Shown: positions 37,571 through 51,290, counted from the first letter of the stretch. The stretch is 64,000 nt of DNA from Phoronis australis (GCA_002633005.1 NMRA01000277.1:243127-307126), one strand, 5' to 3'. Made by a program: numbers and translations. The notes: generated by a model not told the origin, from the sequence alone.

Positions 37571-39325
37571 CCAATCTACAACGTCTCAAAGCAAGCATCT
37601 TATACTGCAAGAGTAAAACTCTAGAATGCCATTGCCATCATGAGGACACCAACGACTCCGCGTGTGATTATGATTAAGAACGGTGGCGTGTTACCGGCGG
37701 TGGTTGTAATGTTTGTGATGATGAGCAAGGTACTGCACCTTGCGGCAATTGAAATTAATGCAGTAAAGGAGATCATGGTCCTATATCCATACTCTGTACT
37801 CCGAAAAACAAACTCCGTATACTCCAAAACTCTGATAAAGGCGTGACCACTTACTATGTGTCTGTTTGACAGTAAAACTACAGTAATTGACGAGCAAATT
37901 GGATATTATCTGATTTAGGCTTTCAACCCACTTGTGATCACGACCTCCAACTTTGCAATGACACGACTTCAGCGTAATAATATATACATGAGTGTAAACA
38001 ATTGCGCTGAATTCGAAAAGTAAACCACTACTCTGAAATAGTTGGTAAATTGACACATCGAACAATTGCCGCAAATGGCCAGTGGACTATGGATTCTGCA
38101 TGCAACTGAAAAGTGTGAACAGCGCTGAGAATCACAGACTTGCAATACTCTTGTGCAATATTGGTCTTCAGAGATCACCTAAAATCGATAATTTCTCAAA
38201 CTGACCTGAGTTTGAGGTTGAAATTGGTGTTAATGTACAGGTACTCTGATTTGTCTTGCTCAATTTTACGTTTTCAAAATTTGAAATTTAGCCTATTGGT
38301 AATTCCTGATAAAAGACCAGAGTGGAAAAGAAAGCTTTAAAACATTGAAAGAAATATCATTTTGGAAATTAGAGAACCCTTGCACTTACAAAAATTTCTG
38401 AGTTATTCGCAATTATCCGACGCGTGTTCATTAATAAGGTCGAGTTCAGGTGGTGCACCTCCGGGGCTGCTGTGCATAAACTATGAATTCTGCATAATCT
38501 TAAGATTGCGTACATGTACGTCTGAACTTGGAACTGAATTCTCATTTAGGTAATCCGGTGAATTTTTTTGTTCAGAGTAAAAACTTTTTGTAAGCATTGG
38601 CCTCATTGTCACCGATTTTCCTTTTACTGTAACGTGTGTCAAAAACTTGGAGGAATATGTCAATGACTAGATAAATCAATTATTGTTAGGTGAATAATAT
38701 CGCCAAATGTTGAAAAAAGTTTGGTTAAAATCGGTATCGTTTCACCAGCACGATATGATTTAGTGCAGAACAAATTGTTGACATCGTAGACATGATTCTT
38801 TGAACGAAGATGTAGAGATTCCTCGTGTATTCCAAGTTCACGGCATACGCGATCTTGCAAAATTCCACATACACGCACAGCAGCGTCACCTGAAGGCTTT
38901 GTCTGAAATATACTTTGGATGGATCTCGTCAAGATCAAGCGCTGTCCGTGTTTTGCCCAGCACCAGTCTTGCGCTATGACATTCCAGTCTCGAGTTACTT
39001 CAGACTGCTTGATTTGGTGACTGGTCTTCTGTAGGATGATTCTCTGCTGTTGTTTTTGAAGTTCAACGCTTAGTTGTTTCTACATGTACACGTGTACATG
39101 TATGTACTACAGTTTACATGCACACGTGGCGAAGGCCTAAACGTTGTAAATAAGCTGTGAGTATTGGATTCCAAGCGTATATGATGAATTAGTTGTCAGA
39201 CCCATGCAGTCGGATTACAACAAAACCTTGAAATACCGCTCTACAAATACTCTTTCCCGAAAAAAATCCCTTGAGGCTTTTTGACTGCAGCATCAACTTG
39301 GTATAATGATCGTTCCGAAGAAGCG

Positions 39326-40147
39326 TGTCAGCAACATTCATCTCTGGAACATTGAGACGAAGGGTGTTCTTGCCAACAAACCACTTTAACTGGCAACACT
39401 GGCTATCTTATCCTTAAACTCAGTCTTCCCTCAGCACAAGATTCTTGTATATTTCTCGTCAGAAACGAACCGCCTTCAGAAAGGAACTCGTCCACTCCAT
39501 GTGTTCACGGTGTAGGCTCATTTGCAGAGCCTAACTAACGAGATAAATCACAAAAATAGAAAACAACTATACAGATCAAAGTTAAAACCAGCAGGAACCA
39601 AGCCATCCAAGGGGCCTGACCAACTGATAAACAAATTGAAAACACGAAGAAACGAAAATTACGAAATTCATGTAAAAATGTAAGTTATTCCTGATCAAAC
39701 CTCACACAATTCTGGATAAAAAGTCCAACTCAAGAATTATGCACAATAACTCCTGCACACTTGCACACACTATTTGGGTCCGAGCAAATAAACAAGATGA
39801 GAGAAAACAGAATCTCACATTATTTCTCTGAAATCACGTACAGTAAACCGTTTCGGCGTTTGTGTTTGCGAACAGTCGTTTACAATGAGCAACTGGAGAT
39901 CAGCAAAATTACGTGACTATTTCAGAAATAATTACAGTACAAATGTCTAAAACAAAGAGTACTGCGGTGCACTGACATTTATTTTGTACATGTAGCAAAC
40001 TAATCCCTACAGTAAAAGGAATTCGGCGAAAATTCAGTCTACTTACCCGTAGCACGCTTCTGATCCACAAACGGATGACGTCACGATCACACATTTTGCT
40101 TACGTCATCCCTAAAACGCGCAGATCAACATAACGCGCAGAACAACA
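39326..40147 (-). mobile_element. Probable solo LTR
   Basis: TG…CA ends; insertion relative to the UGT-A flank (~14530-14575); no TSD recognisable. Confidence 0.45.
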
Positions 40148-40351
40148 GTATTGTCCAGTCAAAGTGGAAAATGACTTACGCGTGTACTATCCTATTTATT
40201 AGAACTTAGTCAAAAGACGACATAAATGCAAGAAACCGTCTAATTCTCAATGGTAAAAGCGCTTATTACACACAAAAATGTATAAACTCTACAGTCATCT
40301 TGTAATTAGCCTCTAGTTTAAAAAGATAGAAATTAAGTAACAAGTTAAACA

Positions 40352-41632
40352 TCAGTTATTCTTCTTTGTCGGCGTTTGCAGGTTGTTACTCTTTGTTTTG
40401 ATCAAAATGTAAATACGTCTGCTGCAAAAAACACGATGAACAAAGCAAATACTGGTAAAACAAATACGGTTATAAGCACGTCCAACATTGTTGCAATATA
40501 CCACGGCCTGTCTAGCGCAAGAGGGCGTAGGTGACCGCCGCCATGTTTAATGACGTGGTCCAGCCAAAATGCTGCTCTTTTTCTGAGAGTTTCGGGAAAA
40601 CCTCTAAAAGCACTTGACGCTCTTTTCACGTTCTCCTTAAAAGATGGATCTCTGAGGATTTTCTGTATCAAGTCAAACGCATCGTCCGGTGTGAAAGTGT
40701 TCAAATTCATGGACAGCCCAATTCGTTTAGATTGATTTTTTTTAGCATTGTACCTTTGATCTGTGGGCATTACGGGGACGCCTAGCATCGGAACGGAGTG
40801 GTAAAGTCCTTCATATACACCATTGGCGCCGCAGTGTGTGATGAAAAGTACTGTGTTCCTGTGACCCAGGACGTCGTTCTGCGGTATCCAAGACTGCGTG
40901 AGTACGTTTTCACTGACGACAAGTTCTGAAGTGTTAGTCTTGGGTAATTTTACTAAAACTTTTTGTTTCAAACGGGCAAAAACATCAAAAAACTTTTGAA
41001 GATATCTGTGTGGCATCTTTTGTACCAGAGATCCCATGGAAAATAAAACAACTCCATGTTCAGCATCGGAGAAGAAGTTCTCGAGTTCCCGTGGCAGTGG
41101 TTTGGCAGGCGAAGTAGTCAAACCTCCGGCAAATAGCGAGTTTGGCATAGATGGCCTCGGGTAATCAAAAACTATGTCAACTGTACTGTAAATCCAGAAT
41201 GACGATTGAGCAAGTAACTGGCGGTAATTAAGTTTCTCTCCAGGCAGATGTTTTTCAATTACCCATTGTGCGTTGATAGGAAAATCGACAATGTTTTGTA
41301 GTATTCTGTCCTTCAGTGATTGAAGTCTGTCAAAGTAGTTCATGCCTTCGCTAAAGTCAGAAAATAGGCTTGGCGTCAGACTTGTCCAGAAGGGGGCACC
41401 AGACAGTAGGTTCTCCGGAATTGGTGATTCAGTTGCGAACGGTATTCCCAGTTTCCTTGGAAGAATTGCAAAACAGCGACAGAATGCTAGACCGTCCAAG
41501 AAGATGAACGCGAATTTCTTGTCCTGTACTCGCTGCATGAAGTCACTGTCAGACAGCATGGCGTCGCAATAGTGAGCTCCACTTTCCGACATCTCTAAAA
41601 TCGCCTCAAAAGGTGAAGATCGGCCGATAGAT
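40352..41632 (-). pseudogene. UGT: UDP-glycosyltransferase copy B, exon 2
   Basis: Canonical acceptor TTACAG|ATCT; intact signature HCGANG…PTDQ. A 1-nt loss in the A-run at 40426-40431 ends the ORF at 40402; the ancestral frame continues CSRRIYILIKTKSNNLQTPTKKNN-stop at 40352. Its exon 1 has a stop codon. Confidence 0.8.
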
Positions 41633-44600
41633 CTGTAATCAGAAAACAAACACGACCATAATACCTGGAATGTCTTGGTTCCATGGCAAATCTTGGTAGC
41701 GAATATCTACATGTAGATGGCACAATCGAGAACGTAGAAAAAACATAAGTGAACGTTTTTCTTTCGTGTTAGCTTATTGATCTTGATATGTGGCCAATGT
41801 CAAATAGTATGACCTTTGAAATTGTTATTGTCGTGCAGCTAAGACCGTTGAAGATTTTTTCCATGTCTTTCTTAAAAAAATACTTTATGTGTCATTTTAG
41901 CTTTTAAAAAGTGAAACCAGACTTTCGGCCATCTTTCCCTTTTCTATGACCAGTTAAGTTACGGATATTTTAAACAGGATTAGATTTTTGTGGATAGACA
42001 TTCTTACAGAACGCTGTTTTATATTTTACACGAGTTTGCGTGAATTTCCCTGCATTGTCTGCAAAGTTTTTTTTAACTTAAATAGACCAATTGCACATGT
42101 AAAACGTTTTGCTTACATTTTGGCCAAAAGAATTGCGTTGATCAGTCCAAGATTAGCCTTGCTTTATTGACTCTAATACCTATTCCGGGATACCTCAGGA
42201 TGGTTTCGAAGTTAGCAGGCGAGGGAATTCGGCACGGCATACAAAAAAGTTCTCTCCAAGGGACAGTTACAGTTAAGGTAATCCATGCTTAACTCAAGTT
42301 AATATTCGATTAGTGAAGACAAAAAATTAGAGACAGATGGGACCTGATGTTGTTGCTCGTTTTCCCGTGGCTTATGGCATTGAAAGGAAGGATGGCCAGG
42401 CGTTGCGTTTGTAGTGATTGTGCCAACTTAGTACGCATTTGTCCACGCTCAGGCTCTTTTCACTTTCCCGTGGAACATCGTGACGTGTGGTTATGGCACA
42501 AGTTTGTACAAGGAAATCGCGTGTTAGTGAACATGACACACTAACTCAGGGTATCTTCTTACTTACGTCACACTTATGTCCGTTGAAATTAGAAACTGAA
42601 GTAACTTAACTATTTATGCGATACTGGAATGCTTGGGATGTACATTGCTATAAAGGAATGTTTAATGTGGTTGACACACCGGTAGTCACTTAAAACAAGG
42701 TAAATACTGGTCTTAAAACCATTAAAGATCGAATTTTCACCAAAACAACATTAAGTTGCATTACATAAATGTCTCATTTGCACTGACATCCATATCAAAC
42801 CAACGTACAGACAAGGTTCACATACCCTGGCCAATGTTACGCGCAGCGCTAACCCGAAGGCGTCTGTTCTTTATTTTGGTAAGGGGATTCATTGAAAATG
42901 TATTTCCATGCATGAACACAATTAATTAAGCGTTGCTAGCAGCGTCATAATTAACCTTGCCTATCGAAGTATTGCCTTTTAGAAAACTGCGCGTATTCAA
43001 GAATTAACAATTCAGTCCATAATACAAGGCATGCATGTAGGACATAAAAATCGGTTTGCATATCACGAAAATAGATTTACATCAAAATCGAATTGAATTC
43101 ACCTGCTTTATTGATAAGGAATGCAGACCGCGCTCAATAATATTCGTGTGAATTGACTTGTACTACTGATAAGTGACGCAAAATGTTTGGACATGTGTTG
43201 TCTGTACTCGCTGGATAGTGGGTTGTCCCAGTGGGATATTCAATGCAAATGACAATTTCATATGACGTAAGCATTGGTACCTGTAACTACCGATATTTTT
43301 ACTACCCTGCTGATTTCGACCAGTGAATACCAGCCTGCTGGTCGACCATATTGGATAGGTAGCAATGAACAGTTACGCTGCAGCCACCGTGTATTTTGTA
43401 ATGCCAAGAATTTAAATAAAGGGAATGTGACAGGCTTGACGACTGGTTTGAGGAATGCGTTGAAAACAGTTTCCAGGAAACAGATATGATTGTGCTTTTG
43501 AATGAGAAAAGCCAAGTTCTTTTTGCCGTGACCTACTTTTGACTCAAAATGGAGGCTGTTGTTTGCTTTCAAGCCCTGTTGCTTTTTAGCTGAGAAACCG
43601 GATGCGATTCAGGTGGCTGTCTAACAGATTTTAAAAATTACCAAAAAGTAGCTGGTTAGGGGCGTACTATGGCCACATTTTTAGAATCTAAAGAAAACGA
43701 GCATTCTGAATCAGTTGTCAATTTTCAGAGCACTTGCAGGGAAGTAGCAATTCGTTGAGAAAATTGTCAAATTTGATACTTGTTTGTCTTATTTTTTCTG
43801 TGCTGGAAAAATAATTCCAGTGTGAAATAACTTAAGTAGCATAATTGAGTTCTAGTTATCATGACTAGTGCTTGCGAGTTGAGAATGCTAAAAACCATTC
43901 GATTTTTTTTCAGAATATAAGTGAGATTCATCACCAGCATAAACCATGTTATAAACGTAGTGTGCCTCCATAGCTCTTGCAGTGACGAGCGGCTGACCGA
44001 TGCCCGGGGTGGTACAAGTATCAATGAAGTCCTGAATCTTTTAACGTCTCCGTACCGTTGGTTTTCGTCCTTATGCCGTGCTTGACTGCCTTTTCCGGAA
44101 TCATTTGATGAGATTTGTCCAACAATCTTGCATGTTATGAAACGCCCAGTGAGTGAACACACAGCTAAATTTAAGCAAGGTGAATTTGCTGTTCCAATTC
44201 CAATGGCCTCATTGTGCTAACTTGTAACTCTGTGACAAAGCGAGTGTTGTAATAAAACAAACAAGCCTAATCTCGTTTTTTCGGTTTCATTTTGTCACTT
44301 TTGCTCATCAAGTAAGGCTCTTGAGATACATGTACGACACAAGACAACCAGCGATTTTCCTGTAAAATTTGTCAACAAACCCGACGACTTCGTTGGTCAT
44401 TCCTCATTATGCGCCGACCTTATGCTCTCGCCAGGTGCCGGTAACAGTCTGGCCCCAAACATCTTTTCAACCCTAGGCTGAGAACCACTTTAAGGACCTT
44501 TCAAACTACATGATTGTTTAGTTTTTCATTAAGATAGTTTGGGGTGTTTAAATCGCGTGTTTTATGGAAAGAAGTGGTTATTCTGTAATTATAATGGAAA

Positions 44601-45264
44601 GTTTAGACCCTTCTAACAGGTGTGTTTACATGTATGTACCTTCGGAAAAAATAACCAAAATAGCGTAATTAATCACTGTGTGCATGCATGTACATGTATG
44701 CATGCGAATATTATTATTGTGTTTGAGTGTTTCTATAATTCATTTAACCAATAACTACCTGTTGCTCAGATATTTTTTAATTCGCTTTATGGGCCTCGAC
44801 TGATATCTGTAGTATTGTTTTTGTTTTAAACTTTGAGAAACTAATCTTGTAAAAGAATCGAATCCAATACTTCGCCTTACTGACAGCGTACATTCTACCA
44901 GCCATTTCTTCCAGACTTAGCAGACTGCATCAAATTTTGATTTTTGTCCGGCGCAATTGAAATATTATGATATACACAGTTGTAATTTCCCACACGACAA
45001 TGTCATATTTTCTGTTCGACTAAAAAGGAAAAACCGGACTTTTCTTGTTTCTTGACACCCGCAAATCCCCCTTTCGACTTTAAAAACGCCGCCGGACGAG
45101 TTTGGATGTCACATCGCCTGTTTAAGAAAAAAGCTCTGTAGAGACGATTCTATGTGTTCTGGAAATATTTCACCCTCGTTGCGTTTCGGCAAAAACCCAT
45201 ATGCACCGATTTTTATATTCCCATATACCGCACTCGGCCGTGAGTTACTCTACACGTCATTGCT

Positions 45265-47340
45265 CCAGTTTATGTTGCTAGCCTCTTCTAAAATGTAACA
45301 TGTTGGTACATTTATGAGATTGTTACAATTTACGTCGAATGCACATTCGAGAAATAAAGCATTGTCACATTTTACGGTGCAACGTCATGTTTCATGAGTT
45401 CACAAGGTATTTGTCACAAAGAGGAAAATGGTTCACACACTAAACGCAATTTCGTTCTCTGATTGTTTGAATGAAATCGTATCAAATTTGCCTGCTCAAA
45501 TTTATTCATGCGTTCCATTGTGCTTCCCATTGTTTTTGTTTTAATATGAGTAGTTTCTTGTTATAGACAAAAATGTACCCCGTACAACTTCTGCTCCAGA
45601 CGAAAGGAGTTTCCAGGATCAGGTAAGATTTTTTGTTTACAATGTAAGTGTTGACAAGCAATCTTTTGTTAGCGCCCACAGAATATGCACTAATTGTATA
45701 TCCGGCATTACACTAAACACACTTCCCTTGGTAATTGCAAGAGAAACAATGACGTCGTACTAAGCTAATTATCGTATCTCTTCGGCAACAAACGACAATA
45801 ACAGTTTTTTCACGGATAATTCAATTTTGGTAGCCCACGATAGTTAGGTTTATTTCAGCCACTGTTTTATTTCCTTAGATTAATTACTTATGCAGTAATT
45901 GCTCCGCTCCACACAAACGAAGCGAGACCAAAGTTTCTGATGCCGAGGGGTTCTGTCTACCACCTTAGTTACGAATGATAATTTCTTAAAGACATTGTGT
46001 TGGATGGAAATAAAAGCACGCATTTATTTGCAGGCAGGCTGACAGATTATACCATTGCAACAGCAAAAGCTCGCCTTTGAGATGGGCGAGCCAATTGTTT
46101 CAAAAGTGGCGGCTTAGTAACGTGTTTTAAACATCTTAAAACCTGAAAGAACTATCACGTATCCTATGATGTCAAGCCTGCCTAAAATAGTATTGGCACA
46201 ACAGGAAAAACAGTGACCTGTGTACGTCAGAATGGGAGGCCTAGATGGGGAAATACAAAGTATTTAGGCACTCTGAAGGGCATGATCACTTTGCTCAAAC
46301 AGGGTCTAGGCCGATAGTTTAAAGGGGCAATAGTCCAAACAAGTTGACTGTCGGCCTTTTGGACTACAAACATGCACTTTCTCTTTCTATTATGATTCAA
46401 GATAAAATATGAAATAAAATTGCTATGTGATCAATGTTCGTTAGTTCGAAGCACATATATGTTTAAATAAAGACAAAAATCAGACATACTACTGGAATTA
46501 ATGGACGTGAGGCCACGTGTCCTACGAGGCGCCATTTTTGTGTTGCAGCTCGCCGTCAACAACACGCGTGCTTGTAGGCAGATAAGGGAATCTGGTACAG
46601 TAACCTTTTTATACACATCGCATAAAAAGCACCTTGTACATGTACATCACTGACTTCGACGTTGGCCGAACCTACTTCAAATCATTTTGTTAAATCACAG
46701 TGTTTTTCTAAGAATATTTGGATCCGTACCAAATAAAATTGTTACGTGTTTTTATGTCATTTACCAACTATTCTAATGACCCATTTACCGCAGGCTTAGT
46801 TGAAAATTCGCAACTTCTCGTAAAATGCCTGCCCCCAGAGTTCAACTTAACACAATTTTGTACCTTACACATCGCCGTGGAACGAGCACCAGTTCATTGA
46901 AAAGGAATGTTTTCAACAAAAGACAAAGATGATTATACGCTGGGTATAATCACTTTTGGATGGAAGTCAAAGGTGAAACATTGCGGTCTACGTTCAGTTC
47001 TTTTTGCCAAACTACAGAAACAAAATTAGTCTTTGAATGAATCGGTTTTATATCCAAGTCCACTCTCTAGACCGGATGGTATCAAAAATTGTCGGGTGAC
47101 ACCGTATAAAAATACATCAGGCCAGTAACTAACGGCCGTGTCAGACACCATTTCTTCGTGATTTTGGTCATTGTCTTTGTAATATGGCGTCGGTTTCGTA
47201 AAGTGCAACTATTGTACATTTATCACGTGTGCATTCGACGTAAAATTTAACAGCTACGTACATTTTAGAAGAGGCTTAACAGTCTAAAATGTAACAATGA
47301 CGTAAAATTTTACGATATTTTTACATTTTGCGGCGTATCA
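45265..47340. mobile_element. Old non-autonomous DNA transposon of the same family as 33030-34132
   Basis: Inverted subterminal blocks TTTACGTCGAATGCACA (~45330) and TGTGCATTCGACGTAAA (~47228); boundaries approximate. Confidence 0.6.
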
Positions 47341-47514
47341 GCGCACGACGGGCTTTGCTACTCTTCTGTCCATTACAGCCGTCGGGAAGGGGTTAAATGC
47401 GCATCCATGGATATCTATCCAGCTGATCCCAAATCCTTGAATCGCCATTGCCCACTGCACAACAGTAATAATTTCCCGGCATGACACTTAGCTTACTTGC
47501 AAACATGGTGGTAT

Positions 47515-49880
47515 CAGCTACCCAGCGTCGTCGTCAGCTAGGAGTCCATCTTCATCGTAGGTTTCGACCTTGACCTAGTACCCTCTCCGATGGTAGGTCT
47601 CTGAAGGCTGATCAGACCTCCAGCCGACGCTGGGGTTGCCATTTGTTCTCACGCTGTAACCACAGCCACACGGTTGCTTCCTCCGCTGCTCTTACAGTAG
47701 ACATAAACATATCAGCTCGCCCTCTTGATGAAATGCCCAGTAGCTTCGTCATCCGCTACATGCTTCCAGCAATAAACCCTCGACATCTAACTTCTATGGG
47801 GAGACAGAAGCATTTCCAGCCATTCGCTGCACATTCCTGCGATAGCTCTGCGTACTTGAGTAGTTTCCTCTCGTGAGCCTCTTGCACCCTAGTCTCCCAC
47901 GGTACCGTTAACTCTATCAAAGTCACTATCTTCTTACTGTCTGCCCACAACGCTACATGTATGTCTGGTCGTAACTGGGTTACTGCAATATGGTTTGGGA
48001 ATGAACCCCTAGTTACCACATCCGTCACCATCTTCCAGTCGGCAGCCATACCTAGAATGCCTGAATCACGCCTCTTAGTGGATACCCCGCCTTTATTGAA
48101 TTGAAAGAGTGCTTTGCCAGAGTTAGTCGCCTTCCTTCTCTCCAGATCTAAAACATGTGCAATACACTTGAGAATCTTATCATGGCGCCAAGTGTACTTC
48201 CCTGAAGTGAGAGCTTCTCGACAGCTGGATAGAACGTGTTCTAAGGTACACCGCTTGCCACAGCCCCTGCAGCTGTCATCCTCAGTTTTGCCCCACGTTC
48301 GAAGATTGACAGGTGTTGGGAGAGTGTCATATATGGAACCAAGTAAAAAGCCCAATCTGAATTGGTCTTTGCCAGTTATCCTTCTGCTGTTCACACCTTC
48401 CCATGATGTCCAAGCACCCTGTTTCCTCAGTCCGACCGCTTCAGCATACCTTCTCTCGTTCTCCTTTGATCTAACTTAGTCCAAAACCAATGGTTTTGAG
48501 CCTCTCTTTGCCTGTTGACAACTTCCACCTCTTCCCAGGAACCATTCCCAATTCCTGTCTTCCATGGTAGACGGTTCTCATGATATCTCTGTGCCGTAAC
48601 CTGCTCTCTACCTCATCCACTGCTACAGCAGCCTTCCATTTCCTTCCAGAATCTAACGATAATTCACTCTCTCTGACCATTGTGGTATATCAATGCGTGT
48701 TGTGGCCGATAAATGGCGCGCACGTGGTAATAAGTAAAACAACACACGAATACTTTAACAATAGAATACGTCTAGTAATTTGCAGCGTTGTGATTTACAA
48801 ATTAAAGATTACAATAAGTTGTGAGACTGACGACTAAATGATTGAGACAAGATATCCCTACTAGAAAACTATTAATCAACAGTGCCACTGGTTCCCGTAG
48901 CTACCGCACACGTTAACACAAAACAAGTCACAACAGAACTATATAACCCTCCAGAACAATCACTAGCCGGTTCAAATTGACTAACAGGCTGAGACCAATG
49001 CCCGTGATAAATGTCTATACCTCAGATGTTCTTTTCCCCTTGACTCTTGGTCACTGAGGCTGTTCGTCCGGCTCCGGCTTCGTCTTAGAAGTTTGAAGGT
49101 TGTCTTCCAGCTCTGGAGTCGTGCCCTGTAGTCTGAAGTTTTGATCTAAGGTGGATCCAGTCTGCCCTGGTCTCGAGAGCCAGTGCTTTTTATACTAAAC
49201 TAAGTGGCATCACGGATGGACCCTCTCTGTATGTACATATATGGCCATCTCTCTATGACGAGCTGAATATAACGAACTAACTGACCACACGATGGACCCA
49301 CTCTGCATGTTCATATATGTCCATCTCGCTATACTCAAAATTCTTGCATAACTGCCACTATTCCTGTATTATTGCATAACTGCCTCGATTCCTGGGTTTT
49401 CAACATCAAAGTACTATGCCTGGATTTAACTACCCCAGAGGTAGCATATCCCCTGAAATTTATTGCACATGGAGGGCATAGCCTCATTATATTATACCAT
49501 CTCATCTCTCGAGTTCCGCAGAGTCAGTAATGTTCTGCACTATATCACCTTGAACTCCTCCACAATCGATGTATCAGGCAAAGAAACTGCACCTCCTTTG
49601 ATGTATAAGCCGAGTCTTGCAAAGCCTGGTGGGACACCCAACCACTTTCTTAACCATCTGCTCACCATCCTTTCCATTTTCTCTGCAGTTGAAATTGAGA
49701 AATCGTACCTTTTCAGTGGCCACATAACTTTAGGGAAAAGTCCAAACTGGTAGCACCAGACTTTGACCGCTCTTCTCACTCTTGATCAAATTGTCACTCA
49801 GCACTTTGATGGCTGCCTTTACATGCTCCACATCTTTCAAAGACCCGCTGTAGAACTTCCCTAAGTATACTAGGGAACCC
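47515..49880 (-). mobile_element. 5'-truncated, decayed non-LTR retrotransposon with a restriction-like endonuclease (HERO/R2 group)
   Basis: RT C-terminus/thumb (KVWCYQFGLFPKVMWPL…LRKWLGVP), SGRKW motif, CCHC knuckle (CRGCG…LEHVLSSC) and RLE (RPD…IELTVPWE…AHERK..KY); stops and frameshifts present. Confidence 0.9.
48681..49496 (-). mobile_element. Solo LTR (Gypsy-like) inserted in the HERO ORF
   Basis: TSD CCAT (48677-80, 49497-500); removing it restores RNSRDEMVRESEL; TGTGGTATA end with a decayed inverted partner; minus-strand TATAAAAAG at ~49187-49195; internal direct repeats at 49211 and 49288. Confidence 0.75.
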
Positions 49881-50789
49881 AATGGTCGTCCGCCTAAGCA
49901 TAAAACCGACTTGCTGTTGTACTCACCGAATTATTCCACTTCAAAGTTATGATCTGAATAGGATTCGATTTAACTCTCACAGATATACCGCATTCATCGA
50001 TTCGGAAGTTTTCTTTAATTTGTGCCGAGTTATTTCAAATGTGCACTGCCTTCGGCAGCCATTTTATTGTGACACCTAAGTTCGTCATATGCTGCCCCCT
50101 TTTGTAAAAACTGAGAAACATGCAGAAAAAGGCCAACGAAGTAATGAAAATTGCAACAGCCTGTTTTTATTGACATAAACTCGATTTGAAGCTTTGATGT
50201 TGAGCTCTGCACTGTGGTTTCCAATAAAAGCCAATTGGACAACATTTCAATGCAGTTTAATGGTGAACGTGAGGCAAAAATGTTAAGAACCCAGCGTATC
50301 GCATTTGTCTGCGGATTTTTCCTTTGGCCTTCTAGATCCTACTAGTGCCTGGGACAAACAGATACATTGCATAAACAAACCCTGGATCATGTTTTGTGTC
50401 CCGTCGGAAGAAAATTTAAATTCGAAAACATCTTCTGAAAACGCACAAAAAAGTGTATTAGTAAAATCTACTGATTTTTAAGTGGTTTTAAAAAACAATC
50501 GGTAAACTCACCGATTTTTGTCTCATTACTTTGATGCGTGTCTCTTCCGATAAGTTAGTACCTAACGTGCAGACGAGCACTCCAAATTAGAACGCTAAGT
50601 CCCGCGTGGTTGCGCTGCACGCGAAACAAGATGGCGGACGACCTTTGGAGCCTGACGACAATAGGTAACCGGACTATACTTATGTAACTGGTTTTCTGCT
50701 CACATATGGAATGGCCTCTGAACCTAAATGTGATTTCAAATATAAAGTTTTGATATCACAGATAATAACATGTGAATTTTCATAGGAAC

Positions 50790-51290
50790 AGAGCGACCTG
50801 CTTGCCGTATCTGGAGGCGTGCCCATATATTTCGTACCACACGGCATTGTAGATCGATCAACGTGGAAGGCGAGAATTCAGTTGTCCGACTCTCCAATGT
50901 TGTAATCTCTGCAACACATGCTCAAAGTAAAATTGTCTTTTTTCATGAATATAGTTATTTTCCAGTGATCACATTCTTTAATAACATAAACTATCGTACA
51001 ATTGTGCCCCATTGTCTCCTGATTAGGGTAACACACACCGCATGTATTAGATCCAAAATTTCAACTTTTTTAAGAAATGGGTATATTAATTATCAGTGGT
51101 ATGGGAATGTGAAACCCTGCAATCTATGTAACGATCTATCCAGAGTACACTTCAACGCTAGAGAATATGTTTTTACTCCTTCTTTATCTATCAGAAAGCC
51201 TTTATCTGCGAATTTCGAAAAGACCCGGAGAGTGGTATAATAGTTTATCACCTTTTGTAAATGTATCTGAATTTTTACTGAAGAACTCGA
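50790..51290. repeat. Intron B block homologous to intron C ~59290-59750
   Basis: Shared TACCACACG, TTCAGTTGTCCG and TTCTTTATCTATCAGAAAGCCT; supports C exon 1 lying beyond 64000. Confidence 0.8.

Larger units (their letters stand above)
35835..37615 (+). mobile_element. Penelope-like retroelement 3' remnant (GIY-YIG endonuclease), split by a Kolobok insertion
   Basis: Joined across the insertion it reads HIGETKRPFLTRFKEHKKLDRPTAVGEHI(HV)WATGHSISLASSKILD…EQDWYARMLKESININTQHPLLN; hammerhead-like motif downstream. Confidence 0.8.
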
